Source: Chiloscyllium plagiosum (lineage: Eukaryota). From it: DNA of 64,000 bases. Position numbers and translations under genes: made by a program. Position 1 is the first letter of the stretch, and the number at the start of each line of letters is the position of its first letter. The DNA lies in the NCBI RefSeq assembly GCF_004010195.1, contig NC_057718.1, forward strand, positions 72,741,187 through 72,805,186. Reading direction: 5' to 3'. The notes under the pieces were generated by a model, which searched no databases, was not told the origin of the DNA, and worked only from the letters and a program-made list of their open reading frames with translations. Shown here piece by piece: positions 52,110 to 64,000 of the stretch.

Positions 52110-53755
52110 TCAGTGAATCCTTAGAAGAGCATAAAGAAAGTAGGAGTATACTTAAGAGGGAAATCAGAGGGCAAAACAGGGACATGAGATAGCTTTGGCA
52201 AATAGAATTAAGGAGAATCCAAAGGGTTTTTACAAATATATTAAGGACAAAAGGATAACTAGGGAGAGAATAGGGCCCCTCAAAGATCAGCAAGGCGGCC
52301 TTTGTGTGGAGCCACAGAAAATGGGGGAGACAATAAATGAATATTTTGCATCAGTATTTACTGTGGAAATGGATATGGAAGATATAGACTGTAGGGAAAT
52401 AGATGGTGACATATTGCAAAATGTACAGATTACAGAGGAGGAAGTGCTGCATGTCTTGAAACGGTTAAAGGTGGATAAATCCCCAGGACCTGATCAGGTG
52501 TACCCGAGAACTCTGTGGGAAGCTACAGAAGCGATTGCTGGGCCTCTTGCAGAGATATTTGTATCATCGATAGTCACAGGTGAGGTGCCAGAAGACTGGC
52601 TAACGTGGTGCCACTGTTTAAGGGCGGTAAAGACAAGCCAGAGAACTATAGAGCGGTGGGCAAGTTGTTGGAAGGAATCCTGAGGGACAGGATGTACATG
52701 TATTTGGAAAGGGACTGATTCGGGATAGTCAACATGGCTTTGTGCGTGGGAAATCATGTCTCACAAACTTGATTGAGTTTTTTGAAGTAACAAAGAAGAT
52801 TGATGAGGACAGAGCAGTAGATGTGATCTATATGGACTTCAGTAAGGCATTCGACAAGGTTCCCCATGGGAGACTGATTAGCAAGGTTAGATCTCATGGA
52901 ATACAGGGAGAACTAGCCATTTGGATACAGAACTGGCTCAAAGGAGAAGACAGAGGGTGGTGGTAGAGGGTTGTTTTTCAGACTGGAGGCCTGTGACCAG
53001 TGNNNNNNNNNNNNNNNNNNNNNNNNNNNNNNNNNNNNNNNNNNNNNNNNNNNNNNNNNNNNNNNNNNNNNNNNNNNNNNNNNNNNNNNNNNNNNNNNNN
53101 NNNNNNNNNNNNNNNNNNNNNNNNNNNNNNNNNNNNNNNNNNNNNNNNNNNNNNNNNNNNNNNNNNNNNNNNNNNNNNNNNNNNNNNNNNNNNNNNNNNN
53201 NNNNNNNNNNNNNNNNNNNNNNNNNNNNNNNNNNNNNNNNNNNNNNNNNNNNNNNNNNNNNNNNNNNNNNNNNNNNNNNNNNNNNNNNNNNNNNNNNNNN
53301 NNNNNNNNNNNNNNNNNNNNNNNNNNNNNNGCTACAGGGAAAGGCTGAACAGGCTGGGGCTGTTTTCACTGGAGCGTCGGAGGCTGAGGGGTGATCTTAT
53401 AGAGGTTTACAAAATTATGAGGGGCATGGATAGGATAAATAGACAAAGTCTTTTGCCTGGGGTCGGGTAGTCCAGAACTGGAGGGCATAGGTTTAGGGTG
53501 AGCGGGGAAAGATATAAAAGAGACCTAAGGGGCAACTTTTTCACGCAGAGAATGGGAAGTGTATGGAATGAATTGCCAGAGGATGTGGTGGAGGCTGGTA
53601 CAATTGCAACATTTCAGAGGCATTTGGATGGGTATATGAATAGGAAGGGTTTGGAGGGATATGGGCCGGGAGCTGGCAGGTGGGACTAGATTGGGTTAGG
53701 ATATCTGGTCGGCATGGACGGTTTGGACCGACCATGCTGTACATCTCTTTGACTG
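52110..53755 (+). mobile_element. 5'-truncated CR1 LINE spanning an N gap
   Basis: KENPKGFYKYIK, KSPGPDQVYP, DFSKAFDKVPH, tail. Confidence 0.9.
53003..53330. other. Assembly gap (N run)
   Basis: Ns. Confidence 1.
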
Positions 53756-54195
53756 TTTTCAAAAGGATGCATGACTAACTCAAAGATGAGTTTTAAAATG
53801 CAGCTGTCAGTAAATCTGATAGAAGATGAAGCTATTCGGCATAACTTAGAACCATGAAAGATCATACTTGCGTTGTTTATTGTTATTTTGTATTTATTTC
53901 ATTTTTAACCAATGAGATGTTTAAATTCACTTTATAATTACTATGGAACTTATCTGCTATATATTAAGTCTAAAAACAAATCTCACAAGTGCTAAAATAT
54001 TTATATAATTTGTCACCAAGTAATCACTTTACACAATCTATTACAAATAGTGGATTAGTGCTTGACTATATATTCAGCATTTATTTTCATTAAAAAGGCT
54101 CCTCAGCTAAACATATGTAATGCAGACATGAAACAAACAGTAACATTCACCCCCAAGGACATTTTCATCATATTTATATTCAATTATCTACTCAC

Positions 54196-54366
54196 CTGTC
54201 GTAGTACTCAGAGCCTTCTTCCAGACCAGGCAACACCCCAGTCAACAGTCCTTGCAGTCCTGGTTTCAGAGTCTTACCCAGAGGCAAGAAATAGACTTCA
54301 TATAAGCTCAACAGCACAGGTTTGACAGACATAGCCGCATTGACAAGAAGAGGGAAAAGGCCAGAG
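54196..54366 (-). CDS. DOP1A: DOP1A coding exon: (S)[56 protein letters not shown](R)
   Basis: Within ORF 54192-54392; acceptor tttcctcag|C, donor AG|gtgagt; 171 nt, phase 2 to 2, in frame with both neighbouring exons. Confidence 0.96.
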
Positions 54367-55458
54367 CTGAGGAAAGAATAATTTCCAAACATCCAAAATC
54401 AGTTTTCCAATCCCTCTCTGAAAGGCAGCAATTTCTTTATAAATATAGTTTTAAAACCACTTTCAGCCTTTCTGTACTTCAGTTAAACAGCTATTTATCA
54501 TTAATGAGCATAGGAACTGAAGACCACCAAGTAACTTCAATGTAGGTAGTGTTACAACCAAATCAGCATGTTAAATCAAGATCCACACGTTTGTTTCTAT
54601 TGGAAGGAATCCACAACTGGAAAATTGATCTAATTCTGCCAATTCTCAATGCAACGGATGTTGTCAAGACAATAGCCCTAACAAGAAAATAGACCTCTTC
54701 TTTTATCGCAACTGTTTTAACAGTGTGGCTTCACAGGCTGTGAAGTGTTAACCAGACTGCACAGGATTGAAGTGGTAATTAGTGCAGACTGCATAGTGAT
54801 AGCAGGAGCCCCTGCCTAATGAAGTAGTTGGATTTCTATTTCTTTTCCTATTTCCAAAGCAACATTATTGCTCCAATTTCATAACCACTCCACAAAAGTG
54901 TACATAATGCATGGTATGCTTCCAGGCAATGGCCAATCTTCTGTAACACATTGCATTGAGTGGTAGTTTACATGATTTTAGTACAAGTCCGCTGATGGTG
55001 GTATCAAATGTCCTTGACTGAAAAATTTTGTCTTTTACAATCTTTTATCTCCATATACTCTACAGGGCAAGATAGCCATGATAGCTAGACTTGATCATAA
55101 TTTCCCAGCATAGAACTTCACTAATAACCACCATTAACGTGACCAACCATAGTTTCTGCTCTACTTAAATATTTTAATTAACCTGTTCAGATGCTATGGC
55201 AATTCCAAGACAGGTAGAACTTGAATGTAAACCTTCTGACCCAGGCAATGGTGCACTACCACTGTCACAAGAGATTTTACAATTTTAGAACATAGAACAA
55301 TACAGCACAGAACAGGCCCTTCAGCCCTCAATGTTGCACCAACCTGTGAACTATTCTCAGCTTGTCCACCTACAATATCCCAAAATCACCCATGTGCTAA
55401 TAACTAATTAGCCAATAACAGCCTCTTAAAAGGGTTTCTATGCCTGTATAAAATATTG

Positions 55459-55770
55459 GGGCAGCACGGTGGCTCACAGCACCAGGGACCTGGGTTTAAT
55501 TCCAACCTCAGGCGACTGTGTGTGGAGTTTACACATTCTCCTTGTGTCTGTGTGGATTTCCTCCAGGTACTCCGGTTTCCTCCACAATCCAAAGATGTGC
55601 AGATTAGGTGAATTGTCCATGCTAAATTGCTTATCGTCTTCAGGGATGTGTAGGTTAGGCGCATCAGTCAGGGGTAAATGTAGGGGAATGAGTTTGGGTG
55701 GGATAGTCTTCAGAGTGTTGGTGTGGACATGTTAGGCCAAAGGGCCTGTTTCCACACTGTAAGCAATCTA
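55459..55770 (+). mobile_element. Older HE1-like SINE
   Basis: Diverged family copy; similar old or partial copies at ~30971-31305, ~36870-37045, ~49632-49890 and ~50600-50732(-). Confidence 0.8.
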
Positions 55771-56104
55771 TGATCTAAACCTTTGCTGAAAGAAGAAAGA
55801 ATGCAATTGCAGAAGCACTAACAAATGTTTCCAACCTGTACGGACCAAGAGGCAGATGCAATTGAAGCTTTCAAAAACCAACTGGATGAAGAAAATAATT
55901 GCAAGGCTATGGAAATAAGCCAGTGACTTATTCCTGCAGAGAGGACACAAGAAACCGAATGGCATCCTTCCGTACTAAAACTATTCTACGAATAAGTTGC
56001 CCCGTGCTGTGTGTAACCTGATCTATATGGACTTCAGTCAGGTGTTTGACAAGGGTCCCCATGGGAGACTGGTTAGCAAGGTTAGATCTCATGGAATACA
56101 GGGA

Positions 56105-56437
56105 GTGAGGATCTAAAATCTGGATTTAGGCTGTTGTCAGGAGCAACCATTTAATACATGACTTTACTAACAACAAAATGGCGTCTTAATGTAAGTAACA
56201 AAGTAACTTCTAGGTGCAAATTGACAACTCTGTTTAAAATGGCTTTTTACCCTGCTAAAAGCTGCATTCCAGAACTAACAGAACCAAAGGTTAACAGGCA
56301 ATGCTTCCGTCACAGTATGGAATTAACGAAGCTAGATAGGACATTACTAACCATCCTAACTGACCTTGTAGATGCAGGTGCAGAGAGATAAAATGTGCAA
56401 AACAAAATTGGTTCCCAGGAAATATCATTGGGCTAAC
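56105..56437 (-). repeat. Solo-LTR-like repeat, copy 2, inside a CR1 RT fragment
   Basis: Aligns with 49908-50278; host CR1 breaks at ggaatacaggga and resumes at ~56707. Confidence 0.55.
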
Positions 56438-57639
56438 CTGCTACTCAATGTCATTTTATTTTATATAAATGTCGTTTAATTACATTTTATTGGATTTGCT
56501 CTGTAATTAAGGTTGTACTATTTCTTATAAAAATTGTTCTTGTTTTAAGCCATTCACACACAGTTTCTGTTTAACTTCTGTGTCGCTGGACAACCTGAGC
56601 CCGGCCGTGATAATGAAGTGTGAAATCTTGCAGAACCAGACCGAATTGCTAGTGTTTATTTGACCAATCGCAGAACCGAGGGACCCCTCCCGTGGGTCAA
56701 GATCTTCAGGAGAACTAGTTATTTGGATACAGAACTGGCTCAAAAGGTGGTGGTGGACAGTTGCTTTTCAGACTGGAGGCCTGTAACCAGTGGAGTGCCA
56801 CAAGGGTCCACTACTTTTCATCCTTTATATAAATGATCTGCAGTACTCACTTTCGCCCTGTTCAGTTATGGAGTACATTCAAGACTGAGATTGCTGGATT
56901 TTTGCACATAAAAGAAATGTAACAGTTTGAGGATGAGGTAGTAACAGGGAGCTGAAGTAAAAGGTTAGGCATGATCATAATGAATAGTGCAGTAGACTAA
57001 AGGGCCATACGGTCAATTCCAGCTTTTATTTTTATGTTACTAGGTTGCAGCTGTTTTCTTGATCTCCTAATGTCATTGACACAGACATGTGCAAATACAT
57101 GTACACTAATGTGCTTACATACACTCCTATAAACATGCACACAGGCAGATGGCACAGAGACACAATTGCTCACCAAGAAATGCACAATTTCATGCACGCA
57201 CAGTCACACACTGTTGTTTGATGACAGTCAAAAGTAGGAGTGCTGGATGAATTGCTCTCATTCTCAAATGATTGAACTTCGAATATAACTTCACAGTACA
57301 GCAGAGATGCCATTTGGTCTGTTATACCTATGACACCTCTTTGAACAAGATATCCAGTCAGTCTAAATCTTTTGCCCTTCCATCATGCAGTAATAATTCA
57401 GATCATCATGACTTATCATGGCTCAGGACAACTAGAATTTGAAGCCTTCCAAAAAATAAAAATAAACATCGAACCTTTAATCAGTGAGAAACAAAATAAA
57501 TTAATATAAGGAATTTCAACTGTTTGTAGAAAGGGTTTGTTCTTCTCCCAATATTAGACCTAAAGCTAGTTGAATGACAGCCCATCTTCTACCAGGCTGT
57601 CTGCTGGACTGATATTTAAGAAACTGTTTGATTGTATAA

Positions 57640-60380
57640 GACAGAGTGATGGTGGAGGGGTGCTTTACAGACTAAAGGCCTGTGACCAGTGGTGTACCAC
57701 AAGGATTGATTAGATTAGATTACTTAGTGTGGAAACAAGTCCTTCGGCCCAATAAGTCCACACCGACCCGCCAAAGTGCATCCCACCCATACCCTTACAT
57801 CTACCCCTTCATCTAACACTATGGGCAATTTAGCATGGCCAATTCACCTGACCTGCACATCTTTGGACTGTGGGAGGAAACCGGAGCACCCGGAGGAAAT
57901 CCACGCAGACACGGGAGAATGTGCAAACTCCACACAGTCAGTCACCTCTGGCGCTGTGAGGCAGCAGTGCTAACCACTGTGCTACCATGCCGCCCACAAA
58001 TGGTACTGGGTCCACTGCTTTTTGCCATTTATATCAATGATTTGGATATGAACATAGGAAGTATAATTAGTAAGTTTGCAGATGACACCAAAATTGGGGG
58101 TGTAGTGGACAGTGAAGGTGGTTACCTCAGAGTACAATGGGACTTTGATCAGATGGGTCAATGAGCCAAGGATTGGCAGATGGAGTTTAATTTAGATAAA
58201 TGCGAGGTGGTGAATTTTGGAAAGGACGTATACACTTAATGGTAAGGTCCTGGGAAGTGTTGCTGAACAAAGAGGCCTTGATCATGGGTGCTTTAAAGTG
58301 TTTTTGCCCACTCAGCTTGTCCAAATTACACATTACCCTCTTTTCATTCTCCTCACAGCATACCCTTTCACCCAGCTTTCTCTCATTTGCAAATGTTGAG
58401 ACATTACATTTTATTTTCCACATCAAATATACTGTAAATAGATGAAGTTTTAGTACCCGTCCCTGTAGTAACCTACGAAACACTGCCTGCTATTCAGAAA
58501 AAGGCCCATTTACTTCTAATCTTTCTTTCCTGCTGCTAACTAACTTTCTACCCATGTCAATGCACTACCCAATTCCATGCAGTTTAGGTTTTCACATTAA
58601 TCTCTTGTGGGACATTTTGAATTTCAGAAGGATTTTCACAACAAACAATATCCACTGGCTCTCTTTGATCAATTCTACTCATCACATCCATGAAGAATTC
58701 CAGTAGATTCATCAAGCACAATTTCCCTTTTGCAAATCCATGCTGTCTGTGTCTGATTCTACCGTTTTCTAAGTGCTTTGCTTATAAAATCTTACTGGCC
58801 TACAAGTTCTGTTTTCTCTTTATCATTCTTCTTAATAAATGGTGAGCTTATTCCACCTATCCACCAATATGTTAAGAACTGCTCCAGAGTCCAAAGAAGT
58901 TTCGAAAGTGACAACCAATGCATTCACTATTTCTAAAGCCACTTCCTTAACTACTCTGGGATATAGATTACCTGATCTTGGGGATTTATCAGCCTTCATT
59001 CCCATCAATTTCACCTTAATCATTTCTCTACTAATACAGATATTCTTCAGTTCCTCCATCTCATTAAACCCCGTGATCCCTGTCATTTCTATGCATTATT
59101 CATGACCTCATTGGTGATGGCAGAAGCAAAGTAGATAGTCAGCCATTTCTTTATTACCGATCATAAATTTCCCTGTTTCTGACTTTAATCGATCTTCAGT
59201 AGCTTTCACCAATCTTTATAAACTTCCACAGTCTGTTTTGTTTTGTGCTGTAAAAGTTTAGCCTCATACTCTATTTTCCTTTTCTTAATCAATCCCATGG
59301 TTCCTCTTTTGTTGACTTTAATTTGCTCCCAAACCTCAAGTGTTTCGCTTTTTCATGCCAATTTCTCACTTCTACTCACACAAATTCTACATTGCCTGAG
59401 CTAGTATCTTTCCTCAATATTATATTTATATCCTCTTTATGAGGATATAATCCTCCGCCTTTTCATTTGTTTGTCCTTTCTAAATACTGAATACCCCTAC
59501 ATTTTCAACTCCCATTCCCTGGACAGCCTGCAGCCAAGTCATCATATTCCCAACTACATTTACAGCTACATGATTAATCAATCTACTTTATTTCAAATCC
59601 TCTGTGCACCCAGGCACAAAGTCTTCAGATTGGTCTTTTTAAATATTCATCATCCGATTCTTACAATTTTCTTCTAAACTGTGGCCTTGTTAATTTTCCC
59701 CAACCACAGGAGAAATATCCCCCCACCCCCGGCATCACTCCTAGACCTGGCCAGTTTATATTAGCCCCACTTCTCCCAGAAGCAGCCCAATGCCACAGGA
59801 ATCTGCAACCCTCCCCTAACGATCTCTTTCGTCATTTATTCATTCATCGTATCTTGCAATTTCCACTCTGCCAAAGCAAGTGGCACTGGTAGCAATCCTA
59901 AAATCATGACCTTTGAGGTCCTACTTTTCAGCTTGTTTTCTGAATCCCTGTATCTTGCTTTTAGGACCTTATCCTTTTTTAACTCATGTCATTGGTACCA
60001 ATGCGCATCATGACCACTGACTATTCATCCTTGCCCTCCAGGATGTCCTATAGCAAATCTGAAGCGTCCTTGACCCTGGTATCAGGGAGGCAGCAAATCA
60101 TCCTAGATTTTCATTTGCAGCCACAGAAATGATTTGAATAACATATGACAATTGCATTTCCACACTTTTTGTTCCACCCTTTCGCAGCAAGCTAACTGGT
60201 GCTACAAATTTGGCTGTTGCTTTTTCCCCCCAAGAGGCCATTCCTCTCAACAGTATCTCAACCTGCATGTCTGCTTTTCGGGGAAATAGCCACAGGGGAT
60301 TCTCGCTCTGCCTGTCTTGTCCTCTTACTCATGTTAATGCACTACCCAATTCCAAGGGTCATCATTCCCTTTCAGCCTGT
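57640..60380. mobile_element. Old CR1 fragments (+ at ~57640-58280, - at ~58290-60380)
   Basis: LGPLLFAIYINDLD..FADDTK; FANERKLG; KADKSP..LYPRVVKE. Confidence 0.7.
57708..57996 (-). mobile_element. HE1-like SINE
   Basis: Reverse-complement family copy. Confidence 0.85.
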
Positions 60381-61639
60381 GGAGTCTTAGCCTCAGGTCA
60401 AATCATATCTGATCTCATCAAAATCAGTGCCTCCACCCCATTAATAACTTTGATTATAGGCCAATTCCTTGTCCTTTTCCATAACAATCTTAAATCTAAT
60501 GGAGTAACAATCGCTGTTGCAATATTACACAAGTTTTACATTCAAATGAATTGCTTTACATGTTTATTACTGCTGAGAAAAGAGACATGCTGCTAAAGCT
60601 TTCCTTCTTGCGCTCATCAGGAAAAACACCGAATGCCAAATTTCAAATGATCTTCACAATGTTTGCATTACAAGTGAAAAGGATGCTGATTAAGTTGGAA
60701 AGTCGACACAATTTGACTGAGGCCATCAGTGCATTAAAAAGGTTCTCTACCTCACAAATCATCTGCAATATTCTGTATGAATTTCATTGCCAGTGTGATG
60801 TCAGTTATAGCAACTAGCTAATTGAATCAAACAAAATGTATCTTAAATTGTTCTTAATAAGCAAAGTACGGCTCCCAAATAATTTTAAATAGGGCAAGAC
60901 TTGAACAAACTCACCCGGAAGTAAGTCACTGCTAGTAACAGTAGCTGAGCTATGTTCCAAACTTGACAGATTATCAGAAGCTTTCCACTAACTGAATGAT
61001 GCCATCAGACCAAAAAAAAATTTTTCCATCTTACAATAATTTATACTGTATGAATTTCATTATGTACTGGAACAATACACATCTTCAGTTACATTTAATA
61101 GTCACAGTATAAAACATTGTTAACCAGTCGCTAAATGTCTTCAATATGATTCGTCAATTTTGCAACACTTTCTGAACAAGCTTAAGCATGGTATTAAGTA
61201 CACTAACAACCAATAAAAATTAATAATCAAGTTTAACCATGGCTCACTTACATTTACTGGAACTGACATACTTACAGATGCAGAGTACCACTCTCTGCAA
61301 ACAGGTTTAAACCTTGTGTATATTTTTAATTATCCAAGAATTTGGGATGCCTCTAAGTTCTATTGATTTCTCAGTGATAACATATTCGTCAATCAAAACT
61401 GATTTGCCAACTGATGAAAATCCTTTTACTGAGTTGCATAAATTGTGATTATTGGAAACCTAGTATTCTTTCGTTTATCCCAATAAGTGAAAATTGAGAC
61501 GTTTCATCAATATATCGCTTTTTTCAGTAATATTCATTTGGGTTATTTGTGATCCACAGGCCATAACTGCTCATAGATCTCCACCTTTCAAGAATGCAAT
61601 TCTTATTGTTTTTCTGAAAATAACTAATATATAGCCCAC

Positions 61640-61821
61640 CTGTATAAGAAAAGATCCTTGGCCAGTCTTTTAGAGCCAATGATTTTAAAGATGATCTCAT
61701 AGGTTTCTAGTGCTTTTCGATGGACACCACTGGGCAGTGCTGGGTGAAGACACTGGGCCAACCGCTTGCCAATAGTTAGCTTCTTTGGGACCACCTGGTA
61801 CTTTGCATTGTTCTGTAAAAC
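61640..61821 (-). CDS. DOP1A: DOP1A coding exon (Dopey N-terminal domain): [60 protein letters not shown](S)
   Basis: Manual translation; acceptor ttgacag|GTT, donor AG|gtgggc; 182 nt, phase 0 to 2; peptide recognisable as Dopey N-terminus ([12 protein letters not shown]). Missed by the ORF track in this frame. Confidence 0.95.
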
Positions 61822-62479
61822 CTGTCAAATATATTAACATTGATAACCAGTTACAGAATATTCTATATGGAGAGTACAAGACGGGCTAGAGGTCAAATGT
61901 GCAGAACTGAATTAACTATTGTTTCCTGTTACAAAACACTTTTCAAAATTTCCAATGACTCACAAGTCATGAGTTATGCATATCACCAAAGCAAAAATAT
62001 GTACTTAGTCTGAACTAACATTAGCAATGACAATGCGAAAATGACAGGGAGAATCTGTTCTAAGATTAAAAATATCTGGACAAATCAACTTGCCACAAGA
62101 GAATTTAGAAGTGAACGTATACTCTGTACACCTTATTAGGCTTAAAAAGGCTTTTATTTTAAAAAAGGTGCAATATGATCTTTGTACACCAATCTTAAAG
62201 CAAGACCTAACATATCCAACTTAATGCTTCTTAGATCATAAGACATAGGAGTTGAGCAATCAGCCCATCAACTTTACTCCTACAGTCAGTGAGGTCATGG
62301 TGTGATCTGATAATCCTCAACTCTACCTTCCTGTCTTTTTGATACAACCCTGATTCCCTTAATGATTAAAAAATGTCTATCTCAGCCCTGAATATGCTTA
62401 ATTATCCAGTCTTGACAGCACTCCATGATAATGAATTTCACATGTTAACTATCTTCTCAGATTAGAAATTCCGTCTCAT

Positions 62480-63300
62480 CAGTGAATGTGCAAGAGAGAA
62501 CTTAAAAGGGACATTGGGGCCGCTAAAGAGCAACCTGAAAGGACATTGGAAAGTAAAACAAAGGAAGATCCAATGCTTTACAGGTGCATTAAGGGCAAAA
62601 GGATAATAACTCAAAGAGGCCCATTAAAGACCACAGTGGTAACTTGCAAGTGGAACCAGAGGAACACTTTGGGTCAGCATCATTACTGAAAGGGATGACA
62701 CAGAGTATAAAATTGGCAAGTCATGTTACAGCAAGTCATGTGCAGAACTGTAGTTAGACCTTGTTTGTAATATCATGTGCAGTTTTGGTCACCACACCAA
62801 AAGAATGATGTATCTCGGTACCTATGACAACAAAAACATCAAATCAAATGGTTAACCAGGATGTTGCCTGGTTTGGAGCATATATAGCTATAAGGAGAGA
62901 TTCGACAAAGTTGGTTTCTTTTCATTTGAATGTCGAAGGATGAGGAACAACCTAGAGGTAGTTTACAAAATAGATGAAATGTATAGTCAAAGTATTCTCC
63001 CAAGATAGAAATATCAATTACTAGGAGACATGGGTTGAAGATAAAAGAGAGTAAGTTTAAAGGAGATGTGAGAGGCATTTATTCTTTAAGGCACAGTGGT
63101 TGATTAGTGCCTGGAATGGGCTGTCAGACGTGGTGGCAGAGTCAGATACAACAGCAACATTTAAGAGGCATACTGACAGATAGAGGAACATGCAAAGAAT
63201 TGAGGTATACACACCACTTTTAAGCAAAAGGCTTTTAGCTTAGAAGTGCATCATGTGTCAGCTCAGTATTGGTGGGTCATTCTTGTGCTGCACTGTTGCT
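62480..63300 (+). mobile_element. Old CR1 ORF2/3' fragments
   Basis: Degenerate similarity to the other CR1 copies. Confidence 0.6.
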
Positions 63301-63391
63301 TATACTCTGTGATACAATTGAATAAATTATCACAGGTATAGAGGAGGTTCATTCCTGCCATCGACCAACTAGGTCGTACCTACCACCTAGT

Positions 63392-63708
63392 GGGCGGCAC
63401 GGTGGCACAGTGGTTAGCACTGCTGCTTCACAGCGCCTGAGACCTGGGTTCAGTTCCCGCCTCAGGCGACTGACTGTGTGGAGTTTGCACGTTCTCCCCG
63501 TGTCTGCGTGGGTTTCCTCCGGGTACTCCGGTTTCCTCCCACAGTCCAAAGATGTGCAGGTCAGGTGAATTGGCCATGCTAAATTGTCCGTAGTGTTAGG
63601 TAAGGGGTAAATGTAGGGGCATGGGTGGGTTGCACTTCGGCGGGTCGGTGTGGACTTGTTGGGCCGAAGGGCCTGTTTCCACGCTGTAATCTAATCTAAT
63701 CTAATCTA
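63392..63708 (+). mobile_element. HE1-like (V-SINE) tRNA-derived SINE
   Basis: A/B-box head GGTGGCACAGTGG..GGTTCAGTTCC, central gtgtctgcgtgggtttcctccggg domain, CR1-like tail and (aatct)n. Confidence 0.9.
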
Positions 63709-64000
63709 AAAACCTGTGTTCACCTATCACTACCTCACCATTCCACGCTCCACACCCCCCTTTCTGCAGCACCCCTCTAACCTCACCTCCATTCCGGAAG
63801 AAGGGTTATACCCAAACGTTGAATTCTCCACCTACTGATGCAGCTTGGCTTGCTGTGTTCTTCCAGTCTCCTGCTTGTCTGCTTTGGATTCCAACATCTG
63901 CAGTTTTTTTTTGTCTTTGAATGTCTGGCAAGCTTTAGAGTTGACAATCCTCAAGGCCCAGATGAAATGTATCACAGATCTTGAGTCAGGCATGCAGGTA

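Noticed and set aside
52921..53470. ORFs across the second gap
   Set aside because: N-run artefacts within a CR1.
63392..63465. tRNA-like sequences
   Set aside because: SINE heads with A/B boxes followed by SINE body; not tRNA genes.

Overview
Eukaryotic genomic DNA, almost certainly from a shark (inferred from HE1/V-SINE-type SINEs, CR1 LINEs and Penelope-like elements). The only host gene is DOP1A (DOPEY1) on the minus strand: three consecutive coding exons (61640-61821, 54196-54366, 2574-2763) that splice in frame across introns of about 7.3 kb and 51.4 kb. The introns are mostly nested retroelements, with two N gaps. The most notable hidden structure is an ancient, heavily degraded endogenous retrovirus on the + strand. 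It runs LTR, PBS(Ser), gag?, PR, RT, tether, RNase H, IN, env, PPT, LTR; about 7.4 kb of proviral sequence is scattered over about 27 kb (4.9-31.7 kb) by younger insertions, and its env has an unusually long post-cleavage subunit. Also present are a truncated second LTR element (PBS-Pro), several Penelope-like insertions with inverted architecture and target-site duplications (TSDs), and minimal hammerhead-ribozyme cores in three distinct Penelope families. Repeat boundaries are approximate (by eye); the exon boundaries are read directly from the splice sites.
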